Assembly: GCA_040289575.1 (NCBI GenBank) | Contig: PSLL01000019.1 | Span: forward strand, 1-14,329 | Source: Candidatus Dadabacteria bacterium | Lineage (GTDB): Bacteria; Desulfobacterota_D; UBA1144; Nemesobacterales; CSP1-2 | Length of the DNA stretch: 14,329 nucleotides | Direction of reading: 5' to 3' | In this document: positions 5,880-14,327 of the stretch, piece after piece | How positions within the stretch are numbered: position 1 is the stretch's first letter | Layout of the letters: the number at the start of each line of letters is the position of its first letter | Notes under the pieces: model-generated | What the model was told of the DNA's origin: nothing | The model's input: the letters and a program-made list of their open reading frames with translations, nothing else | Databases searched by the model: none | Made by a program: the position numbers and the translations under genes

Positions 5880-7119
5880 TATTGACGGCGTTTCTATTGA
5901 CAGACTTGTCGAGGAGTACGGCTCACCCATCTTTACCGTTTCCGCAAAGACGCTTAGAAATAATATCCGTGCATTCAAAGAGGAATTCTCTAAAAGGTAT
6001 CCAAAAGTAGTAATCGCCTACTCGTATAAAACCAACTGCCTCCTTGGCATACTCAGCATAATACACAGAGATGGGGTCTGGGCTGATGTGGCTTCAGGTT
6101 TTGAATACAATCTGGCAAGGGCAATTGGCGTGCCTGGAGAATCAATTGTCTTCAATGGCCCATACAAAAAGAAAGAGGAACTCAGGAAAGCCGTTAAGGA
6201 AGGGGCCTTAATAAATATAGACCATATTGACGAACTCAAACTGCTAGAGGAGATTGCCCACGAACTTCATGGAACAATTGATATAGGGATTAGGATTAAT
6301 GCAGATGTCGGGATTCATCAGTTGTCAGATAGATTTGGCTTTAACCTCGAATCTGGCGAGGCGATTCAAATTGTAGAGATGTGTACCGGGAAGAAATTGC
6401 TCAGGATAGTAGGGCTTCATATTCACCTTACGAGTTACATAATTGAACCTGATAGTTCAGAAAATACCTCTCCTGCAAAGAGAGTAAAACTCATCTGGCC
6501 CAAGAGTTCAGATATGTACAGAGAGGCCTCAAAAAAGGTTGTAGGACTCGTAGAGGAAATCAGAGAAAAGTTTGGAGTAAATGTAAAGTATGTAGATATA
6601 GGAGGCGGTTTTCCAGGTGTTGACTCTTTGGCTCCTTATGTTGGGGCGATAGTTGAACCGATTCTTGAGAGGTTTAGTCAGTATTTACCAACTCTCATCT
6701 TAGAGCCTGGAAGAGCAATTGTAAGGGATGCTATGCATCTTATAACGACTGTTGTCGGTGTAAAGGAGTTTCCAAGCGGAGAAAGGAGAATAATAATTGA
6801 TGCCGGAATCAATCTTCTTCCCACATCACTCTGGAGGTGGCAGGAGATAGAACCGGTATCAAAAGCAGAAGGCGGTTTAAAGGAGACTACGGTCTATGGA
6901 CCACTCTGCCTTCAGACGGACATAATATCAAGGGCAAAACTCCCGCGACTTAAATCGGGAGATAAACTCGTCATAAAAAACGTTGGGGCATACAATATTT
7001 CTCAATCCAGTTCATTTATATTCCCTCGCCCCTCAGTTTTAATCATAGAGAATAGAGAAGTAAGGATTCTAAAGAGGAATGAGAAGGTCGAGGATGTGTT
7101 CTTATTTGAAAAGGTATAA
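5872..7119 (+). CDS. Fold-type III PLP decarboxylase (Orn/DAP/Arg family; DAP-decarboxylase/MccE-like)
   Basis: YGSP, AYSYKTN (PLP Lys53), FNGPYK, IRIN, RFG, GLHIH, DIGGGF, EPGRAIV, DAG.N, GPLC..TD, GAY. Overlaps the upstream gene by 8 nt. Confidence 0.9.
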   Translation: MNDIDGVSIDRLVEEYGSPIFTVSAKTLRNNIRAFKEEFSKRYPKVVIAYSYKTNCLLGILSIIHRDGVWADVASGFEYNLARAIGVPGESIVFNGPYKKKEELRKAVKEGALINIDHIDELKLLEEIAHELHGTIDIGIRINADVGIHQLSDRFGFNLESGEAIQIVEMCTGKKLLRIVGLHIHLTSYIIEPDSSENTSPAKRVKLIWPKSSDMYREASKKVVGLVEEIREKFGVNVKYVDIGGGFPGVDSLAPYVGAIVEPILERFSQYLPTLILEPGRAIVRDAMHLITTVVGVKEFPSGERRIIIDAGINLLPTSLWRWQEIEPVSKAEGGLKETTVYGPLCLQTDIISRAKLPRLKSGDKLVIKNVGAYNISQSSSFIFPRPSVLIIENREVRILKRNEKVEDVFLFEKV

Positions 7120-7154
7120 TGTTAGGCTACTCCAGCATATAGGGAGGTTTGACT

Positions 7155-7206
7155 AAATATGTGTCATATTTTGTTTGAATATATCCATGAGTTTGGTAAA
7201 ATTCAT
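7155..7206 (+). promoter_or_regulatory. Putative sigma70 promoter with palindromic operator-like sites
   Basis: TTGAAT (7175-7180), 16-nt spacer, extended -10 TGgTAAAAT (7194-7202). Inverted repeat AAATATG-tgt-CATATTT (7155-7171). Imperfect inverted repeat ATGAGTTT / AAATTCAT (7187-7206) spans the -10. Confidence 0.45.
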
Positions 7207-7233
7207 AAACTTTAAAATAAATCGGGAGTCTAT

Positions 7234-9060
7234 ATGAACTACAAAAAAATAAAGTTAAACCTGATATTTTGGACTCTTATAATTGCCGTATTGGCTTCTC
7301 TTATCTCATGCAGTGTCGGAGATAACACTCCCCCTGCACCTATTGAGGATTTGAGCTTAAATCCTCCGCCTAGGCAACTTAGTTGGACAGCAACCGGAGA
7401 CAACGGACATTCAGGGACAGCAACAATCTATGACCTACGGTTTTCTCAGATCAGTGCTGAAGATGTAATAAAGAATTTCTCAAGCGCTATACACGTAGAA
7501 AATCTACCAAAACCCGCTCCAGCCGGGACAACGCAGAGCTTTCTTCTCCCGAGGATTGATACTACAGGAACTAAAAACTTTTTCTTTACTCTTGATGTTC
7601 GTGATGAGGTGGGGAACAACTCAGGTCCATCGAATGTTGTTGAGACTCAGACGCCCCTGGTTCCTGTAGAATTTCGGAGCAATGCAACCGGAAGCTGTTT
7701 TGGAGCGGCGGTCAGTAGCGGCGATTTCAACGGCGCTGTAAATAAAAACCTTAACCCATTTAGCCCTTCTGCCACGCCATCTGTTACTCCCAGTAACCGG
7801 ATTGAGGGCATCGCTATTGGTGATCCATGTCTCGGCAGGGTTTATATATTCTTTGGCGGAAACGATCTGTCTGGGGTTCTCGATGCCTCAACCGCAGATG
7901 TAACTATAATCGGCAATGCCAGCGACCGATTTGGGGCTACAGTCACCGGTCTCGGAAATGTTGGCGGCGATACATCGGATGACCTAGCAATAGGAGCTCC
8001 GGAATTCAATAACGGAACGGGCGCGGTTTTTATTATATTTGGCAGCGGCAAATGGAAGCACGGCTCACCCGTAACCATAGACCTTACAAACGGAGCTAAA
8101 CCGAATATCACAATTACAGGGGAAAACGTCGGAGACAAATTTGGAACCTCCATCGCAAAACTAGAAGGCGGAAGCTCAATACCGGTGCTTATAGGCGCGC
8201 CCGGGGCTGACTCTCAAAAAGGCAGAGCCTATTATATCTTCTTGAAGGATATAAATCCAAACACATCTGCTAGCCAGGCCAAAGCCATATTCCTTGGAGA
8301 GTCGGCAGGCAATATGTTCGGTCTTACTCTAGCTAATACGGGTGATTTCAATGGCGATGGTTTCTTTGATTTTGCCGTTGGTGCCCCAGCGGCTGGAAAG
8401 GTATATATATTCTTCGGACAAAAGAACATTGTTGGCCAGGACCTCTCAAAGGATAAGTCCGGCGTAGTGATAATAAGCGGCAGCTCCACAGATGGGTTTG
8501 GCTCCTCTATATCAGGAATCGAGTTTACCATCTCAGGAGGAGGGGATAATATAAGAGGCGATATAAATGGAGATAAAAAGCCTGACTTTATTATCGGTGC
8601 ACCCGGCTCAAATAATAATACAGGTTCTGTTTTTCTCTACTCCGGGGCGGATATAGTCTCTGCTAAGACGAGTGGAATGCCCCCCAATTTTATTGCAGAA
8701 TTTACTGGTACAAATCCAGGAGATAGATTCGGAACCTCCGTCAGCATTCTTGGTGATATAAATCCTCAAATGATCACACGTCAAGAGACAGAGTTTACTG
8801 TACTTCTATTTAATCCTACGAATGCGGATTTTGCAGTGGGCGCCCCGGGGACATCCGGTGGAACGGGAACCGTTTACCTGTTTTTTGGACGCAATAACTT
8901 TCCGAGTACGGTCGGAGCCGCAGGGGCCGATTTAATCCTAAATGGAAACTCTCCAGGAGAGGAATTCGGAACAATAGTAACGGGCACAGGAGACTTCACT
9001 AAAGATTTTATAAACGATTTTGCCACCTCCGGGTCAGGGTTTGTTAGAGAGGAATTCTAG
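7234..9060 (+). CDS. Lipoprotein with FN3-like domain and seven FG-GAP (integrin-alpha beta-propeller) repeats
   Basis: Signal peptide with lipobox LISC (C26). FN3-like segment DNTPPAPIEDL..LSWTA.GD.G..GTA..YDLRFS...RDEVGN.S..SN. Seven FG...GAP...G.VY.FFG-type units, with Ca-loop motifs such as DFNGDGFFD and DINGDKKPD. Confidence 0.88.
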   Translation: MNYKKIKLNLIFWTLIIAVLASLISCSVGDNTPPAPIEDLSLNPPPRQLSWTATGDNGHSGTATIYDLRFSQISAEDVIKNFSSAIHVENLPKPAPAGTTQSFLLPRIDTTGTKNFFFTLDVRDEVGNNSGPSNVVETQTPLVPVEFRSNATGSCFGAAVSSGDFNGAVNKNLNPFSPSATPSVTPSNRIEGIAIGDPCLGRVYIFFGGNDLSGVLDASTADVTIIGNASDRFGATVTGLGNVGGDTSDDLAIGAPEFNNGTGAVFIIFGSGKWKHGSPVTIDLTNGAKPNITITGENVGDKFGTSIAKLEGGSSIPVLIGAPGADSQKGRAYYIFLKDINPNTSASQAKAIFLGESAGNMFGLTLANTGDFNGDGFFDFAVGAPAAGKVYIFFGQKNIVGQDLSKDKSGVVIISGSSTDGFGSSISGIEFTISGGGDNIRGDINGDKKPDFIIGAPGSNNNTGSVFLYSGADIVSAKTSGMPPNFIAEFTGTNPGDRFGTSVSILGDINPQMITRQETEFTVLLFNPTNADFAVGAPGTSGGTGTVYLFFGRNNFPSTVGAAGADLILNGNSPGEEFGTIVTGTGDFTKDFINDFATSGSGFVREEF

Positions 9061-9075
9061 ATTGGGAGGACAGTT

Positions 9076-10434
9076 CTGAAGGAATCGGATTCTGGTTCGG
9101 ATACAAAGATAAAAGGGATAAAAAAACGCCTGTTTCTCAATGCCTCATGGCTCTTCGGGGGAAAAACCCTAGCTGGTATATTTTCTGCCTTCCAGAGCGT
9201 AGTTGTAGCGAGAATCCTTGGGGTAAGCGATTTTGGACTCCTAGCTTTAATAATCGCCTATGTGGATGTACTCAACAACTTCTTTGATTTTAGGGTCTGG
9301 GAGACCGCAACCAAGTATATAGGCACATTCTGGACAAATGGAGAGAGAGAAAAAACCCTCTCTATGATAAAGCTCTCATATACAGTAGATATATCAAGCG
9401 GAATTTTAGCCTTCATTATAGCTGTCATTACGGCAAATATTGTGAGTGTGCATTTAATTCACTCCCCTCAAGCCCATACGCTTATTTGGATTTATGCCTT
9501 TAGTCTTCTTATTGACACAGCAAACCAAACCTCCGATGCGATACTCAGGGTATTTGACAGGTTCAGGCGCATCGCCTTTGTCTCTTCTTTTAGCTATTTA
9601 TTTAGACTCGTTTTAATCTCCATTGTCCTCTACTTAGACACGGGCATAAAAGGGGTGCTATTCTCATATGTGGCGTCAAGTTTTGTGGGATTCTCAATCA
9701 GACTCCTGATCATATCAAAAACCCTACAGGAGAACGGGCTTGAAAGATGGTGGAGATCAAGCCTGAATCTGATCAGGAATCAGTGGAAGGAGATAGCGTG
9801 GTTTCTCGGCAACACAAGCCTTACAGGAACCCTAAAGATGGCAAACGATAACCTCCTAGGCGTCCTTGTGCTCGGATACTATTCTGGAAAAGAAGGAGCC
9901 GCATATTATAAGATCGCAAAGTCGTTTGTAAGAATAATGATACAACTCATAGACCCACTCTACGAGGCTATATATCCGGAGCTTGTAAGGATGTTCAGCG
10001 TAGGGGCTACAGGGGATTTTAGAAGGCTCCTGAATACATCAACAAAAAGCGTGGGCAAAGTTATGATCCCAATTGCCATACTCATCTTAATACTTTCTGA
10101 TTATCTAATAGAGATTATATTTGGAAAGAAATACCTTCCCTCATCAAACACCCTAAGAATAGTGACCATTGCCGTCTTAATCTCACAACTGACCTTCTGG
10201 ACAAGCCCGGCATTACTCGCTTTTGGAAAGGCCGGGCTTAGGAACTTAGTCAACTCAGTTTCTACTGCCGCCTATATTGGATTTCTGTTTCTCCTTGTAC
10301 CAAAATACTCATATATCGGAGCGGCTTGGGCATTCTTAGTAGGCAATGCGATAAGCTCAATAATATCTCTTTGGATTATGAGAAATTCATTAAGGATGGG
10401 AAATAAAGAGAAGCTAAAGGTTCAGGCCACATAG
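9076..10434 (+). CDS. Wzx/MOP-superfamily oligosaccharide flippase (polysaccharide biosynthesis protein), probable CTG start
   Basis: Multiple hydrophobic TM segments, G.Y..A motif, YPEL, IFG..Y. The reading frame continues upstream of the track's GTG 9262 through the Wzx-type N-terminus KRLFLNASWLFGGKTL...ARILGVSDFG. The SD GGAGG (9065-9069) lies 6 nt before in-frame CTG 9076. Confidence 0.85.
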   Translation: MKESDSGSDTKIKGIKKRLFLNASWLFGGKTLAGIFSAFQSVVVARILGVSDFGLLALIIAYVDVLNNFFDFRVWETATKYIGTFWTNGEREKTLSMIKLSYTVDISSGILAFIIAVITANIVSVHLIHSPQAHTLIWIYAFSLLIDTANQTSDAILRVFDRFRRIAFVSSFSYLFRLVLISIVLYLDTGIKGVLFSYVASSFVGFSIRLLIISKTLQENGLERWWRSSLNLIRNQWKEIAWFLGNTSLTGTLKMANDNLLGVLVLGYYSGKEGAAYYKIAKSFVRIMIQLIDPLYEAIYPELVRMFSVGATGDFRRLLNTSTKSVGKVMIPIAILILILSDYLIEIIFGKKYLPSSNTLRIVTIAVLISQLTFWTSPALLAFGKAGLRNLVNSVSTAAYIGFLFLLVPKYSYIGAAWAFLVGNAISSIISLWIMRNSLRMGNKEKLKVQAT

Positions 10435-10452
10435 GTCAGGCACTGGGTATAT

Positions 10453-11160
10453 CTACCCGGTCAATCCGCGTTTTTTAACCGTACCTGTATCATCGACTAC
10501 CTGTCCATCTCTAAATGAAACTATCCTCTGAGCATATGAGGCTATATCAGATTCATGAGTAACCATTATTATCGTCTTCCCCCCACTGCTCAACATCTTA
10601 AATATCTCCATTATCTCCATACTCGTTGCACTATCCAAATTCCCTGTAGGCTCATCCGCTAATATTATACTCGGCTCATTTATTATCGCCCTAGCTATTG
10701 CCACCCTCTGCTGCTGACCCCCTGAGAGTTGTGATGGATAATGCCTCTCCCTACCCCCTAATCCCATCATCTCCAGTGCCTCCTGCGCCCGCCTCACCCT
10801 CTTGCCTGACCCAGTCCCATCGTATATCAACGGAAGCTCCACATTCTCTAGTGCCGTCACCCTCCCAAGAAGATTGAAATTCTGAAACACAAACCCTATC
10901 TTCTTATTCCTTATCCGTGCTAGCTCATCTTTGCCCAATGATGAAACATCACTACCCTCAAGAAGGTACCTCCCACTGCTCGGAGTATCAAGACACCCCA
11001 GTATATTCATAAATGTGCTCTTACCTGAGCCTGAAGAGCCCATTATGGAGACAAACTCTCCCTTCTTTATCCTCAGAGACACTCCTCTTAGGGCATGCAC
11101 CTCCACATCTCCCATCTTATATACCTTGTGTATATCCTCTGTAACTATAATGTCTTCCAC
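10453..11160 (-). CDS. MacB/LolD-type ABC transporter ATP-binding protein (stand-alone NBD)
   Basis: Walker [15 protein letters not shown]-loop, [14 protein letters not shown] signature, [11 protein letters not shown]alker B, VTH H-loop. Start probably GTG 11160 behind GAGG, just after the adaptor stop; the track start of 11226 overlaps the upstream gene. Confidence 0.95.
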   Translation of the reverse strand: MEDIIVTEDIHKVYKMGDVEVHALRGVSLRIKKGEFVSIMGSSGSGKSTFMNILGCLDTPSSGRYLLEGSDVSSLGKDELARIRNKKIGFVFQNFNLLGRVTALENVELPLIYDGTGSGKRVRRAQEALEMMGLGGRERHYPSQLSGGQQQRVAIARAIINEPSIILADEPTGNLDSATSMEIMEIFKMLSSGGKTIIMVTHESDIASYAQRIVSFRDGQVVDDTGTVKKRGLTG

Positions 11161-11164
11161 GGTA

Positions 11165-12319
11165 TTAAAACCTCTGCGGCTGTGGGAGAGGCCCAAGTGG
11201 CTGAGAACCCGATGTGTCTCTTCCAATGGCTTCTATAATTACCTCTTCTCCCTCCTTGAGGCTTCCATCGAGCACCTCTGTAAATCTATCATCGCTTATT
11301 CCAGGCTTAATCGGAATGGGCCTGATTACTCCGCCTCGCAATGGAATCCAAACAACTGAAGGGCTGTCTAAGTCTATTGATTTTTGTTCAATCTTGGCAG
11401 AGGGCGGAGGAATAAATCTCAGAGCCGCCCTCGGAACCCTCAGCACATCTTCTCTATGGGCTACGAGAATCTTTACATCTGCCGTCATTCCGGGCTTTAG
11501 TTTGAGTTCATGGTTATCTACGGACAATACAACATCATAAGTTACAACATTCTGTGTAGTAATAGGGGAGTTCCTTATCTGAGAGACCCTACCCCTGAAC
11601 GTTTCATTAGGATAGGCGTCTACCGTGAATGAACCTTCCTGCCCTTCTTTTATCTTCCCAATATCGGCCTCGCTCACATACGCATCAAGCTGCATATTGG
11701 CCAGGTCCTCGGCTATGAGAAAAGGTGCAGGGGATTGGTGTCCCAGAGCAATTGTTTGGCCGACGTTTATATCCTTTGAAATTACGACCCCATCAATAGG
11801 CGAGCGAATGGTTGTTGAGTCGAGATTTGATTTTGCCGTGTCAAACTCCGCCCTTGCGCTCTCAAGGGTGGCGGCCGCGGATGAAAATTTGGCTTTGGAA
11901 TCATCGTACTCCTGTTTAGGAATCAATCTCTTTTTGTACAACTCCTCATCTGCGTCCATTATCCTCTTCGCAAGCTCATAATCAAGCTGGGCCTTCTTTA
12001 AATCGGCTTCGGTCTGAGTCAGTTTGGCTCTAAAGGGTGCGGGATCTATCTGGGCAAGTGGATCTCCTTTTTTTACCCTTGAATTAAAATCCACGTACAC
12101 ACTCTCTACAGTCCCCGAGATCTGATTCCCGATCTCTACCGCATTGATAGGGTTTATAGTTCCCGTCGCGCTGACATAGGATGATATGTCGCCTCTGTCA
12201 ACCTTCGCGGTTTTGTAAACTATTTCTCCGCTCCCTTTTCGGAAAGAGGAAAATACCAGTATAGCAATACCAATGAGAATAACTATAAACGCCAAAACGA
12301 TTCTTTTATTCCTTATCAC
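11165..12319 (-). CDS. MacA-like efflux periplasmic adaptor (membrane fusion protein)
   Basis: N-terminal TM anchor, SATGTI.P...VEIG.QISG.V..V.VDFN..VKKGD.LAQID, alpha-hairpin, [18 protein letters not shown]...FTVDAYP, LKPGMTA. GTGA overlap with the TolC-family gene. Confidence 0.93.
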   Translation of the reverse strand: MIRNKRIVLAFIVILIGIAILVFSSFRKGSGEIVYKTAKVDRGDISSYVSATGTINPINAVEIGNQISGTVESVYVDFNSRVKKGDPLAQIDPAPFRAKLTQTEADLKKAQLDYELAKRIMDADEELYKKRLIPKQEYDDSKAKFSSAAATLESARAEFDTAKSNLDSTTIRSPIDGVVISKDINVGQTIALGHQSPAPFLIAEDLANMQLDAYVSEADIGKIKEGQEGSFTVDAYPNETFRGRVSQIRNSPITTQNVVTYDVVLSVDNHELKLKPGMTADVKILVAHREDVLRVPRAALRFIPPPSAKIEQKSIDLDSPSVVWIPLRGGVIRPIPIKPGISDDRFTEVLDGSLKEGEEVIIEAIGRDTSGSQPLGPLPQPQRF

Positions 12320-13542
12320 TCTATCTTCTCTCCTATGACCCTTTCCAACCTCGCAACGGCTATTTTGTAGTTATATATAGCCTGAATACGGTTCGCGTTT
12401 GTAGAAGCCAAGAGTGCCTGGGCTTCCGAAAGCTCAACCGCCGACCCCGTGCCGAGGCGGTATCTTTCTTGAGCCAGTTCGGAGTTCTCCTCGGCAGAAA
12501 TCTCCGAAGTCTCAGTCACCTCAACACTTTCTTCCGCAAACTTAAGATTCATATATAACTGCTTTACCTCAGACACTATTTCTGCTTCCATTGATTCAAT
12601 CTCGGCACGGGAGTGCTCGAGCTTCGCCCTCGATTCATTTACCTCAGACAGCCTCGAGAACCCTTGAAATAGAAAAAATCTGATCCCAATGCCTGCTATA
12701 AAATCCGGACCCGTTGCGCCTGCCCCTTCAAATCTGTATGCGACCCTTCCTATAATCGTTGGATAGAAGGCATCTTTTGAAGCCGCTAACTCTGCTTTTG
12801 ACGCTATCTCCTTGGCTCTGAGGCTCTTTAGCTGAGGATTTAACTCAAGGGCTTTGCTTATTGCGCTATCTAAGTTCACGTCCACTCTTTTATATTCTAA
12901 CATATCCTCAAGCTCATAATTGAAATCACCCTTGATGCCCATTACTTTTGCCAGGTCTATTCTTGCCATCTCCAGATTGTTTCTCGCAGTAATGAGATTA
13001 AGCTTCGCATTTCCCAAATTTACTCTTGCCTTCGTAACATCAATCTTTGATACCCTACCGGCTTTGAAAAAGCCCTCTGTCTGCTCGAGGATTTTTTCAT
13101 TCTGCGTAACCGCTTTCTCCATAGCCTCCACAACGCGCTTTTGGGCAAGAGCCGTATAGTAGGCCACCTCTGTGTTTAGAATTACATCATCGCGTGCCTG
13201 CTCCCTATCAAACTCCGCTGATTTCAGATTCGCCTTGCTCGCTTTAACCAGATTCGGCGTCCGCCAGAAATCCCATATAAGCTGGTCTGCAAATATCCCC
13301 GATTCCCTTTCAACAAAAGGCAATATAAACTTGAATTGAACCTGTGGATAATAATTCGACTCTGCCCCCCTTACCCTTGCCTTCATAATGTCAATCGATG
13401 CACCTGATGCCCTTAAGTCCGGATTGTTTTCCAATGCAATCTTAACGGCTTCATCTAGAGATAACGTCTTTGCCCGTTCTTGGGCAAAAGCAGAAAGGCC
13501 AAGATGGATTAATAAGATTAGCATCATCCATAGTGATTTCAT
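12316..13542 (-). CDS. TolC-family outer membrane efflux protein
   Basis: Signal peptide (..LSAFA), LSLDEAV..AL.NNP.L, YYP, two OEP repeats, RY..G....VEL..AQ. SD GGGAGGT upstream. Confidence 0.92.
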   Translation of the reverse strand: MKSLWMMLILLIHLGLSAFAQERAKTLSLDEAVKIALENNPDLRASGASIDIMKARVRGAESNYYPQVQFKFILPFVERESGIFADQLIWDFWRTPNLVKASKANLKSAEFDREQARDDVILNTEVAYYTALAQKRVVEAMEKAVTQNEKILEQTEGFFKAGRVSKIDVTKARVNLGNAKLNLITARNNLEMARIDLAKVMGIKGDFNYELEDMLEYKRVDVNLDSAISKALELNPQLKSLRAKEIASKAELAASKDAFYPTIIGRVAYRFEGAGATGPDFIAGIGIRFFLFQGFSRLSEVNESRAKLEHSRAEIESMEAEIVSEVKQLYMNLKFAEESVEVTETSEISAEENSELAQERYRLGTGSAVELSEAQALLASTNANRIQAIYNYKIAVARLERVIGEKIE

Positions 13543-13652
13543 CTATATACCTCCCGTTTGAAGAGATATAAATATATATGAAATAAATATTGAGTGCGGA
13601 GATGAACCGACGATTATTGAAAATTTAGTGGGGTAACAAAGAAAGGATTTAT

Positions 13653-14327
13653 CTACAATCTGCTATTACTTTTATTTTTTGCCAATCTAACGGCTACACT
13701 TATGGCGGAGATCATGCTCGATGGATTTGCCTTTCCCTTCCATGCAATATCATAGGCCGTACCATGATCCGGAGAGGTCCTTATAATAGGAAGACCGAGC
13801 GTTACGTTTACTCCATCGTCAAATGAGACCATTTTAAACGGAATCAATCCCTGGTCATGATACATCGCAATAACCGCATCCCAATTCCCCTGTGCGGCAT
13901 AGTAAAACAACGTATCCGCAGGGACCGGCCCCACAACGTCTATTCCCCTTTCTCTAGCCTTTTGAATTGCGGGGATAATATGAAGCCCTTCTTCATCTCC
14001 GAACGCCCCAGTCTCCCCTGCATGTGGGTTCAATGCGGAGACGACTATCCTAGGCTCCGGTATTCGGAAAAGCTCAATCAAGGACTCGTGCGTAAGTTCA
14101 ATTGTAGAGAGGATCTTCTCTTCGTTAATTAACCGAGGAACCTCAGATAAGGCACAATGGATTGTGACGAGTACAACCCGAAATTTCCCACCTTCAAACA
14201 TCATCGCTACCCTTTTTGCACCTGTAAGTTCCTGAAGCATCTCGGTGTGTCCGGGATACTTCGCTCCAGCAAGGTGGATTGATTCTTTGCTTATTGGAGC
14301 AGTAACAATGGCCGCGATTTTCCCCTC
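13653..14327 (-). CDS. pdxA: 4-hydroxythreonine-4-phosphate dehydrogenase PdxA (partial; 5' end beyond the window)
   Basis: The frame stays open beyond the track's Met to the window edge: IVTAPISKE...YPGHTEML, VTIH, ALNPHAGE.G.FG.EE, GP.PADT.F, AMYHDQGLIP.K, NVTLGLPIIRTSPDHGTA.DIA.KG.A. PdxA versus PdxA2 cannot be resolved here. Confidence 0.93.
   Translation of the reverse strand, partial: EGKIAAIVTAPISKESIHLAGAKYPGHTEMLQELTGAKRVAMMFEGGKFRVVLVTIHCALSEVPRLINEEKILSTIELTHESLIELFRIPEPRIVVSALNPHAGETGAFGDEEGLHIIPAIQKARERGIDVVGPVPADTLFYYAAQGNWDAVIAMYHDQGLIPFKMVSFDDGVNVTLGLPIIRTSPDHGTAYDIAWKGKANPSSMISAISVAVRLAKNKSNSRL

Noticed and set aside
5872..7119. Calling the decarboxylase lysA
   Set aside because: It lacks the HIGSQ and CE motifs typical of LysA and sits in a non-lysine operon, so only a family-level call is made.
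7234..10434. The FG-GAP lipoprotein and flippase are in the same frame, separated by one TAG (possible amber readthrough or pyrrolysine fusion)
   Set aside because: A strong SD with a well-spaced CTG explains the downstream gene. A lipoprotein-flippase fusion is topologically implausible. Other genes in the window use TAG as an ordinary stop.
10500..11150. The ABC ATPase coding strand looks more purine-rich (ATA/AGG/GGG codons) than the adjacent adaptor gene
   Set aside because: An impression only, not quantified; it needs codon-usage statistics before a separate origin or gene conversion could be claimed.
108..14132. Many short antisense or alternative-frame ORFs in the track (e.g. 1335-1697, 2175-2531, 5469-5978, 10931-11359, 11625-11981)
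   Set aside because: They overlap well-supported genes, have no recognisable motifs or SD, and look like shadow ORFs.
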